Shown in pieces: positions 17,564 to 26,906 of a DNA stretch of 64,000 nt. Positions within the stretch are counted from its first letter, which is position 1, and each line of letters begins with the position of its first letter. Position numbers and translations under genes: made by a program. The notes under the pieces are model-generated. The model saw nothing but the letters and a program-made list of their open reading frames with translations. It did no database searches and was not told the origin of the DNA. This DNA is from Candidatus Micrarchaeota archaeon. GTDB lineage: Archaea > Micrarchaeota > Micrarchaeia > Micrarchaeales > CABMGC01. The stretch covers positions 407 through 64,406 of the forward strand of contig JAKASF010000002.1 in assembly GCA_021828295.1 (NCBI GenBank). The letters run 5' to 3'.

Positions 17564-18448
17564 TTATATGCTGTAGGCGAGCACGAGCAGCGCCTGGTAG
17601 ATGAATATGGCCGTGACGTTCGCCGCCATGTACTTCTCGTAGCTCTGCGGGTCCCTGTATCTCAGGATGCCCACGCCGACATAGCCGACCACGGGCAGCG
17701 TGACAAGGACTGCGAGAAAGAAGGGGCTAAGCGCCGATTGCACTACTCCGTATATCACTATGGCGTAAGTTATCGATTCAAGGGCGACGTAGTACGCTGA
17801 TGTCTTCCTGTTGCTGTTGAACATTATGACCGCGTGCCTCCTGCCGAACTTCTTGTCTATCTCCGCGTCTGGAACCTCGTTTGCCAGCAGGGCTATGCCA
17901 CCGAGCATGCCCGCGGGCACCACGGCGAGGAGCGCGGTCGATATGCCGGTAAACGAGCCGTGGGCGACCACGTAGCTGCCCACGCCTACCAGCACGAATG
18001 CCAGCATGACGAACGGCTCAGGCAGAAGGGGGAACCTGGTGATGTATTTTGTATAAAGGAAGATTGCGATTGCGCCCACGGCGATGAGCACGAGCAGTGC
18101 CGGGGTGACTGCGAAAGACAGGTAGAGCCCTATTATTCCTGCGATTGCTGCGGCAGAGACGCTCATGTAGAATACGTCCCTGTGCCTGATGGCGCCGCTT
18201 GCGACCAGCCTGCTGCCCCCGCTGAACTTCGTCTTGGGCGTCTCCTTGTCAAGCCCGCTCGCGTAATCATGGTAGTCGTTCATCAGGTTGACCGATATCT
18301 GGGCGAGAACGGCGCCAACGACCACGGCTGCAGACAGCGGCAGGTTTATGCTGCCGAACCGCGACGCCGCCGCGATTCCGACCGCGGAGCAGAAGAACGC
18401 AAGCAGTATCGTGGGCTCGAATATCTCCGAAAGGTAGTCGTTCAGCAA
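17564..18448 (-). CDS. menA: UbiA-family prenyltransferase, MenA-like (1,4-dihydroxy-2-naphthoate polyprenyltransferase)
   Basis: NLMNDYHDYASGLD gives NDxxDxxxG-D. There are about 8 TM helices. It clusters with the UbiE and polyprenyl synthase genes. Confidence 0.8.
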   Translation of the reverse strand: MLNDYLSEIFEPTILLAFFCSAVGIAAASRFGSINLPLSAAVVVGAVLAQISVNLMNDYHDYASGLDKETPKTKFSGGSRLVASGAIRHRDVFYMSVSAAAIAGIIGLYLSFAVTPALLVLIAVGAIAIFLYTKYITRFPLLPEPFVMLAFVLVGVGSYVVAHGSFTGISTALLAVVPAGMLGGIALLANEVPDAEIDKKFGRRHAVIMFNSNRKTSAYYVALESITYAIVIYGVVQSALSPFFLAVLVTLPVVGYVGVGILRYRDPQSYEKYMAANVTAIFIYQALLVLAYSI

Positions 18449-18463
18449 GAGATCTCCTGCTAT

Positions 18464-18965
18464 TCATCTCCTGCCAAACTTTTTATTTAGAATGGTGTGC
18501 CCTTCAAGGAACTTCACGTAGTAGGAGAGCACGAAAAGCCCGAGAAGTATCAGCAGCGAGATTGCCACTATGGCGGTGAGGACGTCGTTCAGCAGGAGCT
18601 CTACACTGAGGACATTATTCAGCTGCGAGCGCGTAGATGGAGCCGAGTATCGGGCCGACGCACGGGGTCCAGCCTATCGCAAACGCGATGCCGAAGAGCA
18701 GCGAAGAGGCGAAGCTGCTCCTGAGCCTCTTGAAATGCACGCCGATATCTCTGCTCAGGAGCGGCACATAGATGCGGTTGGCCAGAATCAGAACTACGCC
18801 GAAAAGGATGATGATGAGCCCGCCGACTATCCTGAGATCGTCCATCAGCTGGACCGCAAGGCTCGAGATGACGAGCTGGAGTGCTATGCCGACTATAGAG
18901 AATACTATCACGAACCCGATGACGAAGAACACCGCGTTCAGAAATACAATCTCGGCTTTGTCCAC
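18464..18965 (-). pseudogene. ccdA: CcdA/DsbD-family thiol-disulfide transporter remnant (N-terminally truncated, C-terminal part in another frame)
   Basis: ORF 18615-18965 has the second Cys motif (GWTPCVGPILGSI) but lacks the first TM/Cys motif, and its GTG start is 20 nt from the tRNA-Ala. A further TM segment (VLSVELLLNDVLTAIVAISLLILLGLFVLSYYVKF) continues in the +1 frame to a stop at 18464. Confidence 0.5.
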
Positions 18966-18984
18966 ATCGCACCCAATTAAGTAG

Positions 18985-19056
18985 TGGACTCGGCGGGATT
19001 CGAACCCGCGGCCTCATCGTTGCGAACGATGCGATCTACCGCTGATCTACGAGCCC
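18985..19056 (-). tRNA. tRNA-Ala (anticodon CGC)
   Basis: Hand-folded as GGGCTCG-TA-GATC-AGCGGTA-GATC-G-CATCG-TTCGCAA-CGATG-AGGCC-GCGGG-TTCGAAT-CCCGC-CGAGTCC-A. The G3:U70 Ala identity pair is present. No CCA is encoded. Confidence 0.9.
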
Positions 19057-19165
19057 TCGTTTAGGTAACAATTTACCTGTTAATAGCCATGCATTATAGC
19101 GATTTATATTCATGGGTGTGAGGGACCTATTTTTCCCATCCACTGCTGCACTATTATCCTTTGCC

Positions 19166-20023
19166 TTACCCCTTCCTTCGCAGGAATACGCTGGAAGCGC
19201 CTTCAAGGTAGGCGCGGACTTTCTCCAGGTTCAGCGTGTCGTTCCCATAGCCTTCGCCGAGCTTGTCACGCAGGCCGCCTTCGGCGTCTATAGAGAAATC
19301 GCTGCCGTGCAGAGCAGCCTTAAGCCCGCTCACCTTTTCGACTACGTTCTCTCCAGTAAAGCCACCTGCAATGACGATGCGCGACTTTACCCCGGCGTTC
19401 CTGAACTCTCTGCACGTTGAGACCACCTCATCGGTGCCGAACTCCTTTCCTGTGCCCCGCGAAGAATCAAGCAGCACGTAGTCGACCTCTGGATACTCGC
19501 CGGCGAGCCTGCGGGCCACCTCCAGGCTGCTCATGCCGGCCGTGACCTTGCCAGACATCTGGAAGGTCACCATGAGCCCGTGGAACCTGTTTCTCAACTC
19601 CCACAATTGCGTATGCGTGGGCCACACGCCATTCACCTGGAGAACCTTGATCAGGTCGCGCTTGTAGATGCCGTCGTGCCTTAGAAGCGCGGTCACCTGC
19701 TCGACGAGCTTCTCGGGCTCCTTTGTGTAGTAGTGTATTGTTGGCAGCGTGTCGCGCTTTGCAGCCTCTAGTATCGGGGCGAGCTGGTCCAGATGCGGAA
19801 CGCGCCTGTTCCCCTCGCTGAATCCGTATTGGAGGCTCTTGTACGACGCTTGAAGGCCTATCATCGGGACGTGGCCGCTTGAGAGCGAGAACCCGGATCT
19901 CAGCGCAAGCGCCGCCACGCTCTTGGCCTCATCTACAGAAGCGACTCCGCTAACGCCTACATAGTTCTGACTTGCCCGCAGCATGCCCACCGCCTGAATT
20001 CTTGGCGTATTAGAGTGCTCCAT
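19166..20023 (-). CDS. TIM-barrel protein resembling phosphoribosylanthranilate isomerase (TrpF-like), function unclear
   Basis: Pattern ...VDYVLLDSSRGTGKEFG...IVIAGGFTGENV...SIDAEGGLRD resembles PRAI. No other trp genes are nearby. Confidence 0.45.
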   Translation of the reverse strand: MEHSNTPRIQAVGMLRASQNYVGVSGVASVDEAKSVAALALRSGFSLSSGHVPMIGLQASYKSLQYGFSEGNRRVPHLDQLAPILEAAKRDTLPTIHYYTKEPEKLVEQVTALLRHDGIYKRDLIKVLQVNGVWPTHTQLWELRNRFHGLMVTFQMSGKVTAGMSSLEVARRLAGEYPEVDYVLLDSSRGTGKEFGTDEVVSTCREFRNAGVKSRIVIAGGFTGENVVEKVSGLKAALHGSDFSIDAEGGLRDKLGEGYGNDTLNLEKVRAYLEGASSVFLRRKG

Positions 20024-20055
20024 ACTATTTAAGCTTGTGTATCAAATCTGTTCTC

Positions 20056-21447
20056 ATGAGAGCCGGGGCGGAGAAGGTCGCGAAGGCGGTCTTCGCGAGG
20101 GAGCTTGACGAGATAAAGCCAACGAAGAAGGAGCTCGAGGAATCAGTATACAGCATAAACCAGCTGACAGGAGCGCTCAAGAAGGTGGTGGCGAAGGACG
20201 TGGAGATACGCGTCGTTGGATCTGTGGTGCGCGGCACGCAGCTCCGCGGAGAATCAGACATAGACGTCTTCCTGCTGTTCCCGAAGAAGCACAAGAGGGA
20301 GAAGATAACGAAGGACGGCCTCGAGTATGCGAGACGCATAGCCAAGGGGAAGGGAGACAGATACGAGGTCAAGTACGCTGAACATCCATACACGAGGCTC
20401 TACATCGGCTCGTTGGGAGTCCGCGCAGACATCGTGCCCGCCTTCAAGATAGACAACATAGAGGACATGAGCACCGCGGTTGACAGGTCTCCGATGCACG
20501 CTGATTTCATCAACAGGCGCCTGAGCGAGAGGCAGCGCGACGACGTGCGCCTGCTCAAGTACCTGCTGAAGAGGCAGGGGCTGTACGGAGCAGAGGTGAT
20601 GACGAGTGGCTTCTCCGGATATCTCTGCGAGCTTCTCATACTGCAGTACGGCACGCTAACGGGATTGATGGACGCCGCTGCGGGATTCACGCTGCCCATA
20701 CTTCTCGATCCCAAGGGCAAAGGCGCGCTCAAGGACCTTTCGCTTGCCAAGAGATTCAACTCCAGGTTCGTGGTCATAGATCCGGTTGACAAGAACAGGA
20801 ACGTGGCCGCAGGAGTGTCCATCGAGACGCTGGGCAAGTTCGTTATGCTCTGCAGGGCGTTCACCATGAGGCCCAACGTGGCGTTCTTCCACGGCAGGGG
20901 GTTCGCCTCCACAAAGGTAAGGGCGCTGCTGGCATCGTTCATCAAGCGATCCGGACTTGACATGTACGTAGTATCTGCAAGAATCCCGGACAAGAGCGAG
21001 GACATCGTGTGGCCGCAGCTGCGCAAGGTAGGCGAGTTCGTGACTGGCCTGGCCGAGCGATCCGGATTCAGGATCTACTTCTCCATACCCGTGGTGTCTG
21101 GACGCAACGGCATGCTCGTCTTCTTCGCACCTCGCGAGAAACTGACTACCCGGATGCAGAAGGGACCCAGCGTCTTCATAAGGAAGGCGCAGGAGCAGTT
21201 CGTGAATGCGCACAGGAATGCGATGGCGATGACCATGAGGGGCGACACGATCTACGCGCTTGAGAGAAACAAGTACGGGACGCTTGAGGACCTTATGAGG
21301 GACGTGGCCGCGGGCAGGATACTCGGAAAGCGCAAGGACATAACGCTCCGCGGTTCGAAGCTGCTGGTCAACGCGCTGCCAAAGGAATGCGCAGAAGACG
21401 TGTACGCGAGCCTGCTGGAGAACGTCGGAATCGGCTCAGATAGCTAG
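20056..21447 (+). CDS. cca: archaeal class I CCA-adding enzyme (tRNA nucleotidyltransferase)
   Basis: VGSVVRGTQLRGESDIDVFLLFP gives the NTase G[SG]...DxD motif. AEHPYT is present. The protein is about 460 aa. The track ORF starts at TTG 20035, so ATG 20056 is used. Confidence 0.85.
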   Translation: MRAGAEKVAKAVFARELDEIKPTKKELEESVYSINQLTGALKKVVAKDVEIRVVGSVVRGTQLRGESDIDVFLLFPKKHKREKITKDGLEYARRIAKGKGDRYEVKYAEHPYTRLYIGSLGVRADIVPAFKIDNIEDMSTAVDRSPMHADFINRRLSERQRDDVRLLKYLLKRQGLYGAEVMTSGFSGYLCELLILQYGTLTGLMDAAAGFTLPILLDPKGKGALKDLSLAKRFNSRFVVIDPVDKNRNVAAGVSIETLGKFVMLCRAFTMRPNVAFFHGRGFASTKVRALLASFIKRSGLDMYVVSARIPDKSEDIVWPQLRKVGEFVTGLAERSGFRIYFSIPVVSGRNGMLVFFAPREKLTTRMQKGPSVFIRKAQEQFVNAHRNAMAMTMRGDTIYALERNKYGTLEDLMRDVAAGRILGKRKDITLRGSKLLVNALPKECAEDVYASLLENVGIGSDS

Positions 21448-22011
21448 CTCCTTCCTGCGCCTGAGCAGCGTGTCGAACTCTGGAATCAGGTCTATGCGCC
21501 TGCCCTTTAGCCGCTTGCCGTTCAGCAGTGCCGCCGCGTACCCGGCCAGCTTCCTGTCTCGAGAGAACGCCTCGAATACATTTGGATAGTTGCGCTCCGC
21601 ATGTATCCCGCAGTAGTCTGTGGCCTCAGAGACGACGTTCGCCTTTATCTTGGCCCTGGGGTAGCCACGCTGCTCCATCCTCTTTATCAGCGTGTCGAGG
21701 TGCTCCCTGAGCACCAGGGCGCTAGCGCCTTTTATCGCGATGTCGCACATCAGGTGGCTCTCGAGCAGCACCGCGTCCCCTTTGCTTCTGGCTATCATCC
21801 TTTCCAGCTCGAGCCGCAGCTCGCGCATCTTCACTATCTTGGCCCCCTCCCTGGTGCGGGAGCTGAAAAGCCGTTCTCTGTTGACCACATCGGTGACGTG
21901 TATCACGTCGGTGTGCTTCAACCGCTTTGCCAGAGAATCAGAGAACGTGGTCTTGCCCGTACCAGGCACTCCGGTTATTACAAGGATGCGCCTACGCTTG
22001 CGCTTGCTCAT
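21436..22011 (-). CDS. Fap7/AK6-like P-loop kinase (putative adenylate kinase, ribosome maturation)
   Basis: ILVITGVPGTGKTT gives the P-loop. VLREHLDTLIKRMEQRGYPRAKIKANVVSE matches the Fap7 LID region. Confidence 0.65.
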   Translation of the reverse strand: MSKRKRRRILVITGVPGTGKTTFSDSLAKRLKHTDVIHVTDVVNRERLFSSRTREGAKIVKMRELRLELERMIARSKGDAVLLESHLMCDIAIKGASALVLREHLDTLIKRMEQRGYPRAKIKANVVSEATDYCGIHAERNYPNVFEAFSRDRKLAGYAAALLNGKRLKGRRIDLIPEFDTLLRRRKELAI

Positions 22012-22610
22012 TTAGCTGACCTGGCCTCGATGTCGCTGAGCATGTCGCCTATTATCGCCCTGCTGTTCTCTATCACCAGCACGGGGCTGGTCGGCGGGTT
22101 TATGGTAAGCACGTGGTTCTTGGCACCAGAGAAGATCCACGAACCAAGCCTGTACTGCTTGTAGAGCGCTGACACATCGGCCACGTAGTTAGAGGCGTTG
22201 ACGAGCTTGCCCACGAACGCGTCGAGGTTCTCCTCGTACTTCTCGATTATGACAGCTTCCTCCCTGTCCGGAGCGCGGGTCACGAAGAGCGGCTTTATGT
22301 AAGGAACCCTAGCCGCTGCCGACTTGTTGGTTATCACGGTGTCGACTGCGCGATACTGCGCATCCATGCTCTCCATCTCCGACTCGAGCTTGGTCTGCTC
22401 GTCCTTGAGGTTGTCGAGCAGCGCGTTGAAGTACGAATCTGACTGCGTCCTTATGCCCTTGAGTGCAGTGCCGAGATCCTTCTTGTTCAGGTACCTGCCC
22501 GGGTTCATCAGCAGGCTTCTCAGCGAGATGCTGTAGCTCTTGCTCACTGTGTCGTCAAGGTCTGATATGAAGTTGTCTGTCTCTTCGTCCCACGGGATCT
22601 GCTTGGCCAT
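22008..22610 (-). CDS. hypothetical protein (200 aa)
   Basis: The ORF has genome-typical codon bias. Internal ATG 22610 (MAKQIPWDEETDNF) sits about 30 nt downstream of a TATA-like ttttatat. Its stop overlaps the next gene. Confidence 0.5.
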   Translation of the reverse strand: MAKQIPWDEETDNFISDLDDTVSKSYSISLRSLLMNPGRYLNKKDLGTALKGIRTQSDSYFNALLDNLKDEQTKLESEMESMDAQYRAVDTVITNKSAAARVPYIKPLFVTRAPDREEAVIIEKYEENLDAFVGKLVNASNYVADVSALYKQYRLGSWIFSGAKNHVLTINPPTSPVLVIENSRAIIGDMLSDIEARSAK

Positions 22611-22678
22611 TTCTGCACCAGAATAATCAGCAGCATAGATATAAAATAAGAAAGTTATAAACCTTTTGAGTTGTTTTC

Positions 22679-22915
22679 GTGGAGGAAATCGCCGACAGGA
22701 TAGCAAAGGACATAATCAAGTTCAACGAGAACGTGAAGGTGCTCGACGAGCACGAGCTGGGACCGAAGGAGATTGAGATAGTCAGGCTGGCGAAGAACTA
22801 CTGCGACGATGCCGGGGCGTGGCTAAAGAAGAAGGACTTCTATACCGCCTTTGCCAGCATCTCGTACGCGCACGGACTACTCGACACGCTGCTCAGGCTG
22901 AACAGCAAAGAATGA
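22679..22915 (+). CDS. small conserved archaeal protein (DUF357-like)
   Basis: This 78-aa helical protein has ...FASISYAHGLLDTLL. It has a GTG start and sits directly upstream of trm1. Confidence 0.5.
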   Translation: MEEIADRIAKDIIKFNENVKVLDEHELGPKEIEIVRLAKNYCDDAGAWLKKKDFYTAFASISYAHGLLDTLLRLNSKE

Positions 22916-22919
22916 TTCC

Positions 22920-24005
22920 ATGGAGCGCATAAGGGAAGGGGCTGCCTCGATCGGCGTGGGCGGGGGCGTGTTCTACAATCCCAAGATGGGCAAGCTCAGG
23001 GATATCTCAATACTTCTGCTCAGGGCAGCGAAGATCAGAAAAGCGAAACTGCTCGACGCCACTGCCGCCACAGGAATCAGGGGCATAAGGTATGCGCTTG
23101 AGGCCGGAGTCGTAGATACCACAATGCTTGACATCAACTCAGCCGCTTACAGGAATGCGAAGGCGAACGCGAGACTCAACAGGGTGAAGGCAAACGTGCT
23201 CGGGAAGAGCCTGCAGGACTTTGCGGGCTCGGCGCAACGGGCGTTTGACGCCATAGACCTCGACCCGTTCGGCAGCCCGGCCCCGCTTGTCTACGACGCT
23301 CTCCGGCTGTCGAAGGACGGCACGATCCTCATGGTTACTGCCACGGACACAGCCACCCTGTGCGGGGCCGAGGGTTCGGCGTGCCAGCGGATCTACGGCG
23401 CGAAGCCGATACACAACGAGCTCTGCCACGAGGGCGGGGTGCGCATACTGCTGAATTTCATAGCCAGGAACGCGGGGCAGTTCAACTTCGGCATAGAGCC
23501 GCTGCTGAGCATAGCGGACATGCACTATATGCGCGTGTTCGTGAGGCTGCACCGCGGCGCGAGGGAAGCGACGGCATCCGTCGGCTCTGGCGGGTTCGTC
23601 GCATACTGCAGCAGGTGCCACAACTTCGCATACAAAAAGGGCGTAGTGGCGCAGCCCGACACGACGTGCAACAACTGCGGCGCTCGCATGCAGGCCTACG
23701 GGCCGATGTGGCTCGGCGCCCTGAAAGATGCCAAGCTCGTATCTGAAATGGCGGCGCTCTCATCCAAATATGGGGAAGGCACAAAGAGGTTCGTGACCTT
23801 GCTCAACGAGGAGCTCGACATCCCTTTCTTCTACTCTGTGCCGAAAGCGACCTCGTACCTGAAGATGGGCTCGATACCGATAGACAAAGTCGTGAATGCT
23901 CTCGGGAAGCGCCACAGCGTTAGCAGGACCCATTTTGAGAAGGACGTGATAAAGACCACTGCGGGAATCGGAGACGTGCTCGCGGCCGTGGCTAAGGCGA
24001 AGTGA
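22920..24005 (+). CDS. trm1: tRNA (guanine26-N2)-dimethyltransferase
   Basis: LDATAATGIRGIRYALE and IDLDPFGSPAPLVYDAL are present. A Cys cluster (CSRCHNF...CNNCG) is present. Confidence 0.85.
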   Translation: MERIREGAASIGVGGGVFYNPKMGKLRDISILLLRAAKIRKAKLLDATAATGIRGIRYALEAGVVDTTMLDINSAAYRNAKANARLNRVKANVLGKSLQDFAGSAQRAFDAIDLDPFGSPAPLVYDALRLSKDGTILMVTATDTATLCGAEGSACQRIYGAKPIHNELCHEGGVRILLNFIARNAGQFNFGIEPLLSIADMHYMRVFVRLHRGAREATASVGSGGFVAYCSRCHNFAYKKGVVAQPDTTCNNCGARMQAYGPMWLGALKDAKLVSEMAALSSKYGEGTKRFVTLLNEELDIPFFYSVPKATSYLKMGSIPIDKVVNALGKRHSVSRTHFEKDVIKTTAGIGDVLAAVAKAK

Positions 24006-24861
24006 TCAGGGTTCCGCTCTTGAGCTCCATCACCCTTCTAGGACTGGAGAGGCTGCCGACAACGGCATAACGCCTGCTCTTTTGCACGAACGAGATGCAC
24101 GCCATCACCTTCGGCAGCACGCTGCCCGGTTCGAAGTGCTCTGTCTGGGCCAGTTTTCTGAGCCCGGATGCGCTTACGTGCCTGAGCAGCCTTGCGTTCC
24201 TTGTGTGGAAGCCCGTGAACACTCCGTCAACGTTGGTGAGTATGAACAATGCGTCAGCCTTGATCCTTGCTGCAAGCAGCGCCGATGCCAGATCCTTGTC
24301 GATCACGGCGTTGGCGTACCTGAACCTGCTTCCATGCCTTGTGACCGCTATGCCGCCGCCTCCAGCCGCGATGACTATCCTACCACGGCGCAGCAGCCCG
24401 GTTATCTTCTTAAGCTCCACTATCTCCATGGGTCTCGGCGACGGGACCACGCGCCTGTAGCCTTTCAGCAGGTGCTTCATCACAAACCCGTGCCTGGCGA
24501 GACCGACTGCCTGGGCTTTCTGGTAGAACTCGCCTATGGGCTTCGTTGGGTTTGCGAACTCCGGGTCCCGAGCCGAAACGACGACGCGCGTGTACACTAC
24601 GCTTGCCTTTGCGCCCGCGTTCCTGCCCGCACGCTCAAGGCTTCTTCTGATCTCGGCCCCAACCTGCGCCTCCGTCTGCTTTGTCAGCAGCGCGAGGCTC
24701 CTGCTGGAGTGCAGCGCGAGCGCGCCTACCTGCGGGCCGTTGCCGTGAGTTATGACTATCTCGTCGCCGCGCCCGGAAAGCAGGGCGACATATGCGGAAA
24801 GCTTATTAAGGACCTTGCTGCTCCGGAGGGCATTTCCACCGACGGCAATCACGTACCTCAT
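23992..24861 (-). CDS. arcC: carbamate kinase
   Basis: The amino-acid kinase fold is indicated by VIAVGGNAL and ITHGNGPQVG. The protein is 289 aa. Confidence 0.8.
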   Translation of the reverse strand: MRYVIAVGGNALRSSKVLNKLSAYVALLSGRGDEIVITHGNGPQVGALALHSSRSLALLTKQTEAQVGAEIRRSLERAGRNAGAKASVVYTRVVVSARDPEFANPTKPIGEFYQKAQAVGLARHGFVMKHLLKGYRRVVPSPRPMEIVELKKITGLLRRGRIVIAAGGGGIAVTRHGSRFRYANAVIDKDLASALLAARIKADALFILTNVDGVFTGFHTRNARLLRHVSASGLRKLAQTEHFEPGSVLPKVMACISFVQKSRRYAVVGSLSSPRRVMELKSGTLITSP

Positions 24862-25007
24862 AGAAATTCATCGACGACAAGAATGCTGCATATATGACTG
24901 TCTTATAAAAACACAATTAATAAATACCAGGAGCTGCTTAAATACAATTACACAGGGGAAGACGGGGATTCTGGGACGGCAATGGGGTGCCGGAAGGGTG
25001 GGAAAGC

Positions 25008-25388
25008 ATGGAAATGGGGAGAATGGAAAGTAGGGGAATAGAGGAAGGAGTGCCAGCCTACGCGCGCAAAGTTTGTGCGAGCGACGAGGCTGAGTACGCG
25101 GCTGAGGTCGCGGAGGACAAGGACCTCGTATACCTTATAGAAAACACCTGCATCCACTGCAACAGGCTGATGAGCAAGAGCGAGGTCAAGATACTGCCCC
25201 CGAGCTACATACAGGAGCACGACCAATACGTCGGCGCGGGCGTGGTGAAGCGCAGGCTGATGTGCCTGCAGTGCTACAACACGCTGAGGAGCACGGCAAG
25301 GGAACGGGTGAAGTTCGACAGGTTCAGAAACAAGAGCAGACTGGGCTTTGTCAAGAACGCGCTGGTAAGGGTACTCAGCAGCGAATAA
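25008..25388 (+). CDS. hypothetical protein with CxxC...CxxC zinc-ribbon
   Basis: CIHCNRLM ... CLQCYNTL is present. ATG 25008 is preferred to GTG 24987. Confidence 0.45.
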   Translation: MEMGRMESRGIEEGVPAYARKVCASDEAEYAAEVAEDKDLVYLIENTCIHCNRLMSKSEVKILPPSYIQEHDQYVGAGVVKRRLMCLQCYNTLRSTARERVKFDRFRNKSRLGFVKNALVRVLSSE

Positions 25389-25448
25389 GAGGCGGAGCGG
25401 CAGACCGCGAAGCCAGAGCTACTGTTTCTGCACACCAGTAAGCGCAGC

Positions 25449-25844
25449 CTACTTATACGGAAGGTTGATGCCGCTGATTGCGTCGGGGCTCTGTTCGTCT
25501 CTCAGTTCAAGCTTGAACGCTTCCTCTCTCACAAACCCATCCACGTATACGCCAATGTAATCGTCGAGAATCTCGCGATGCTTGTCTAGTGCTGCTTTCT
25601 CGCTCTCGCTCATTGATCCGTATAGGGCGTCGAGCTCCTTCTGCACGCGCTCCGTTGCCCTGCTGATGAAATTTTCAACCATCGTCTTGAGGGCCTCGCC
25701 ATCGACCCCATGAGACGCATACAGGTTTGTCCCGGCCCAATCGAAGTACTTGTGCGCCGTCTCCCTCTCCTTAGGGCTCAGCATTCGCAGCGAGATCTCG
25801 GGCCCGCGCGCAGTGACCTCTTTGACCAGATGCTTCCCATCCAT
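25449..25844 (-). CDS. hypothetical protein (131 aa)
   Basis: This is a clean ORF with genome-typical composition. No recognisable motif was found. Confidence 0.5.
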   Translation of the reverse strand: MDGKHLVKEVTARGPEISLRMLSPKERETAHKYFDWAGTNLYASHGVDGEALKTMVENFISRATERVQKELDALYGSMSESEKAALDKHREILDDYIGVYVDGFVREEAFKLELRDEQSPDAISGINLPYK

Positions 25845-25919
25845 GCCGTATGTCGCCGGAAATTCCTTGCACGCAAAAGTTTAACAACCATTCGTACAGG
25901 ACAGACGGGAGCCGCAGGC

Positions 25920-26660
25920 CTACTTCTTCGAGTGCACGGCCACCATGTGGTAGTTCTGCTCGAAGCCGAGCGCCGACTTGAACGCGTTCGTGTCCAGCGT
26001 TATGGTGCTGTCCGAGTATGGATCGTTTATGTAGAACGTATCCTTGTCGTAGCCCTTGACCACGACCCAGTGGGGCATGGAGTCAAGGTACGAGTTGACG
26101 ATGCGCGCATCGATGAGCACTATGGGAATGTGGCCCGAAGAGAGCGCCTTCTTTATCGAGACCAGCGAGACGACCCCGTGGTCCTCCTCGACGCCGGCCT
26201 TCTCGCTCTTTCCCTTTATCTCGTTGAACGAAGCGGTAAGCGTATCGAGGTTGACGTTCTCATAGACCGCCATCTTCCTCTCGTAGCCCTCGTTCTTCGT
26301 GTTGCTGACTATGCCGACGTTTGCCCCGCGCTTTGCGAGCGCGTACGCGAGCCCGTACTTGCTGCCGTACCAGACGCTGCCGTTCACCGCCTCCTGCCAT
26401 ATCTCATACTCCTGCTCGCGCTTGAACTTGAAGCTGGGGCTTATGAACTTGAGAACCATCATCGCGCAAGCCGCAGAGCTCGTGAAGTCCTCTGTCTGTG
26501 GATAATGGGGTATGTCCAGAAGTACCTTGTCCTTCAGCTTCGCCTTCTTTATCTTGCCGATCACAGAATGCGCAGGCGCGCTGCGCTTTGCAGGACTGCG
26601 TTTAACGCTCTTCCTAGTCGCCTTTGACTTCCTTGCCTTGGTTCTCGTTTTCTTTGCCAT
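25920..26660 (-). CDS. papain-like cysteine peptidase (C39-like) with poly-basic N-terminus
   Basis: Q...SSAACAMMVL gives the Cys and ...MPHWVVVKGYD gives the His, in the spacing typical of C39-like peptidases. The N-terminus is MAKKTRTKARKSKATRKSVKRSPAKR. Confidence 0.5.
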   Translation of the reverse strand: MAKKTRTKARKSKATRKSVKRSPAKRSAPAHSVIGKIKKAKLKDKVLLDIPHYPQTEDFTSSAACAMMVLKFISPSFKFKREQEYEIWQEAVNGSVWYGSKYGLAYALAKRGANVGIVSNTKNEGYERKMAVYENVNLDTLTASFNEIKGKSEKAGVEEDHGVVSLVSIKKALSSGHIPIVLIDARIVNSYLDSMPHWVVVKGYDKDTFYINDPYSDSTITLDTNAFKSALGFEQNYHMVAVHSKK

Positions 26661-26696
26661 CGTAACCACCCTAAGCCACCCAAGGACGCAAGCGGG

Positions 26697-26782
26697 TGCA
26701 GGGGGAGAGATTTGAACTCACGCAGGCCTATGGCCAACAGATCTTGAGTCTGCCGCGTTTGACCAAGCTCCGCCACCCCTGC
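26697..26782 (-). tRNA. tRNA-Leu (anticodon CAA), class II with long variable arm
   Basis: Hand-folded. The acceptor is GCAGGGG/CCCCTGC. The anticodon arm is GCAGA-CTCAAGA-TCTGT. The variable arm is GGCC-ATA-GGCC. The T arm is GTGAG-TTCAAAT-CTCTC with one U-U mismatch. Confidence 0.85.
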
Positions 26783-26906
26783 ATGCTATTGATTGCCAGG
26801 GATAACTTAAAATGTCTTCGACTAATAGTATATTGGGGTTATATTTAAACGTTGACGTTAAAATCGGCTTAGGTTTATAGCACTTTTCCGTCGGGGTTTG
26901 CTGTTT

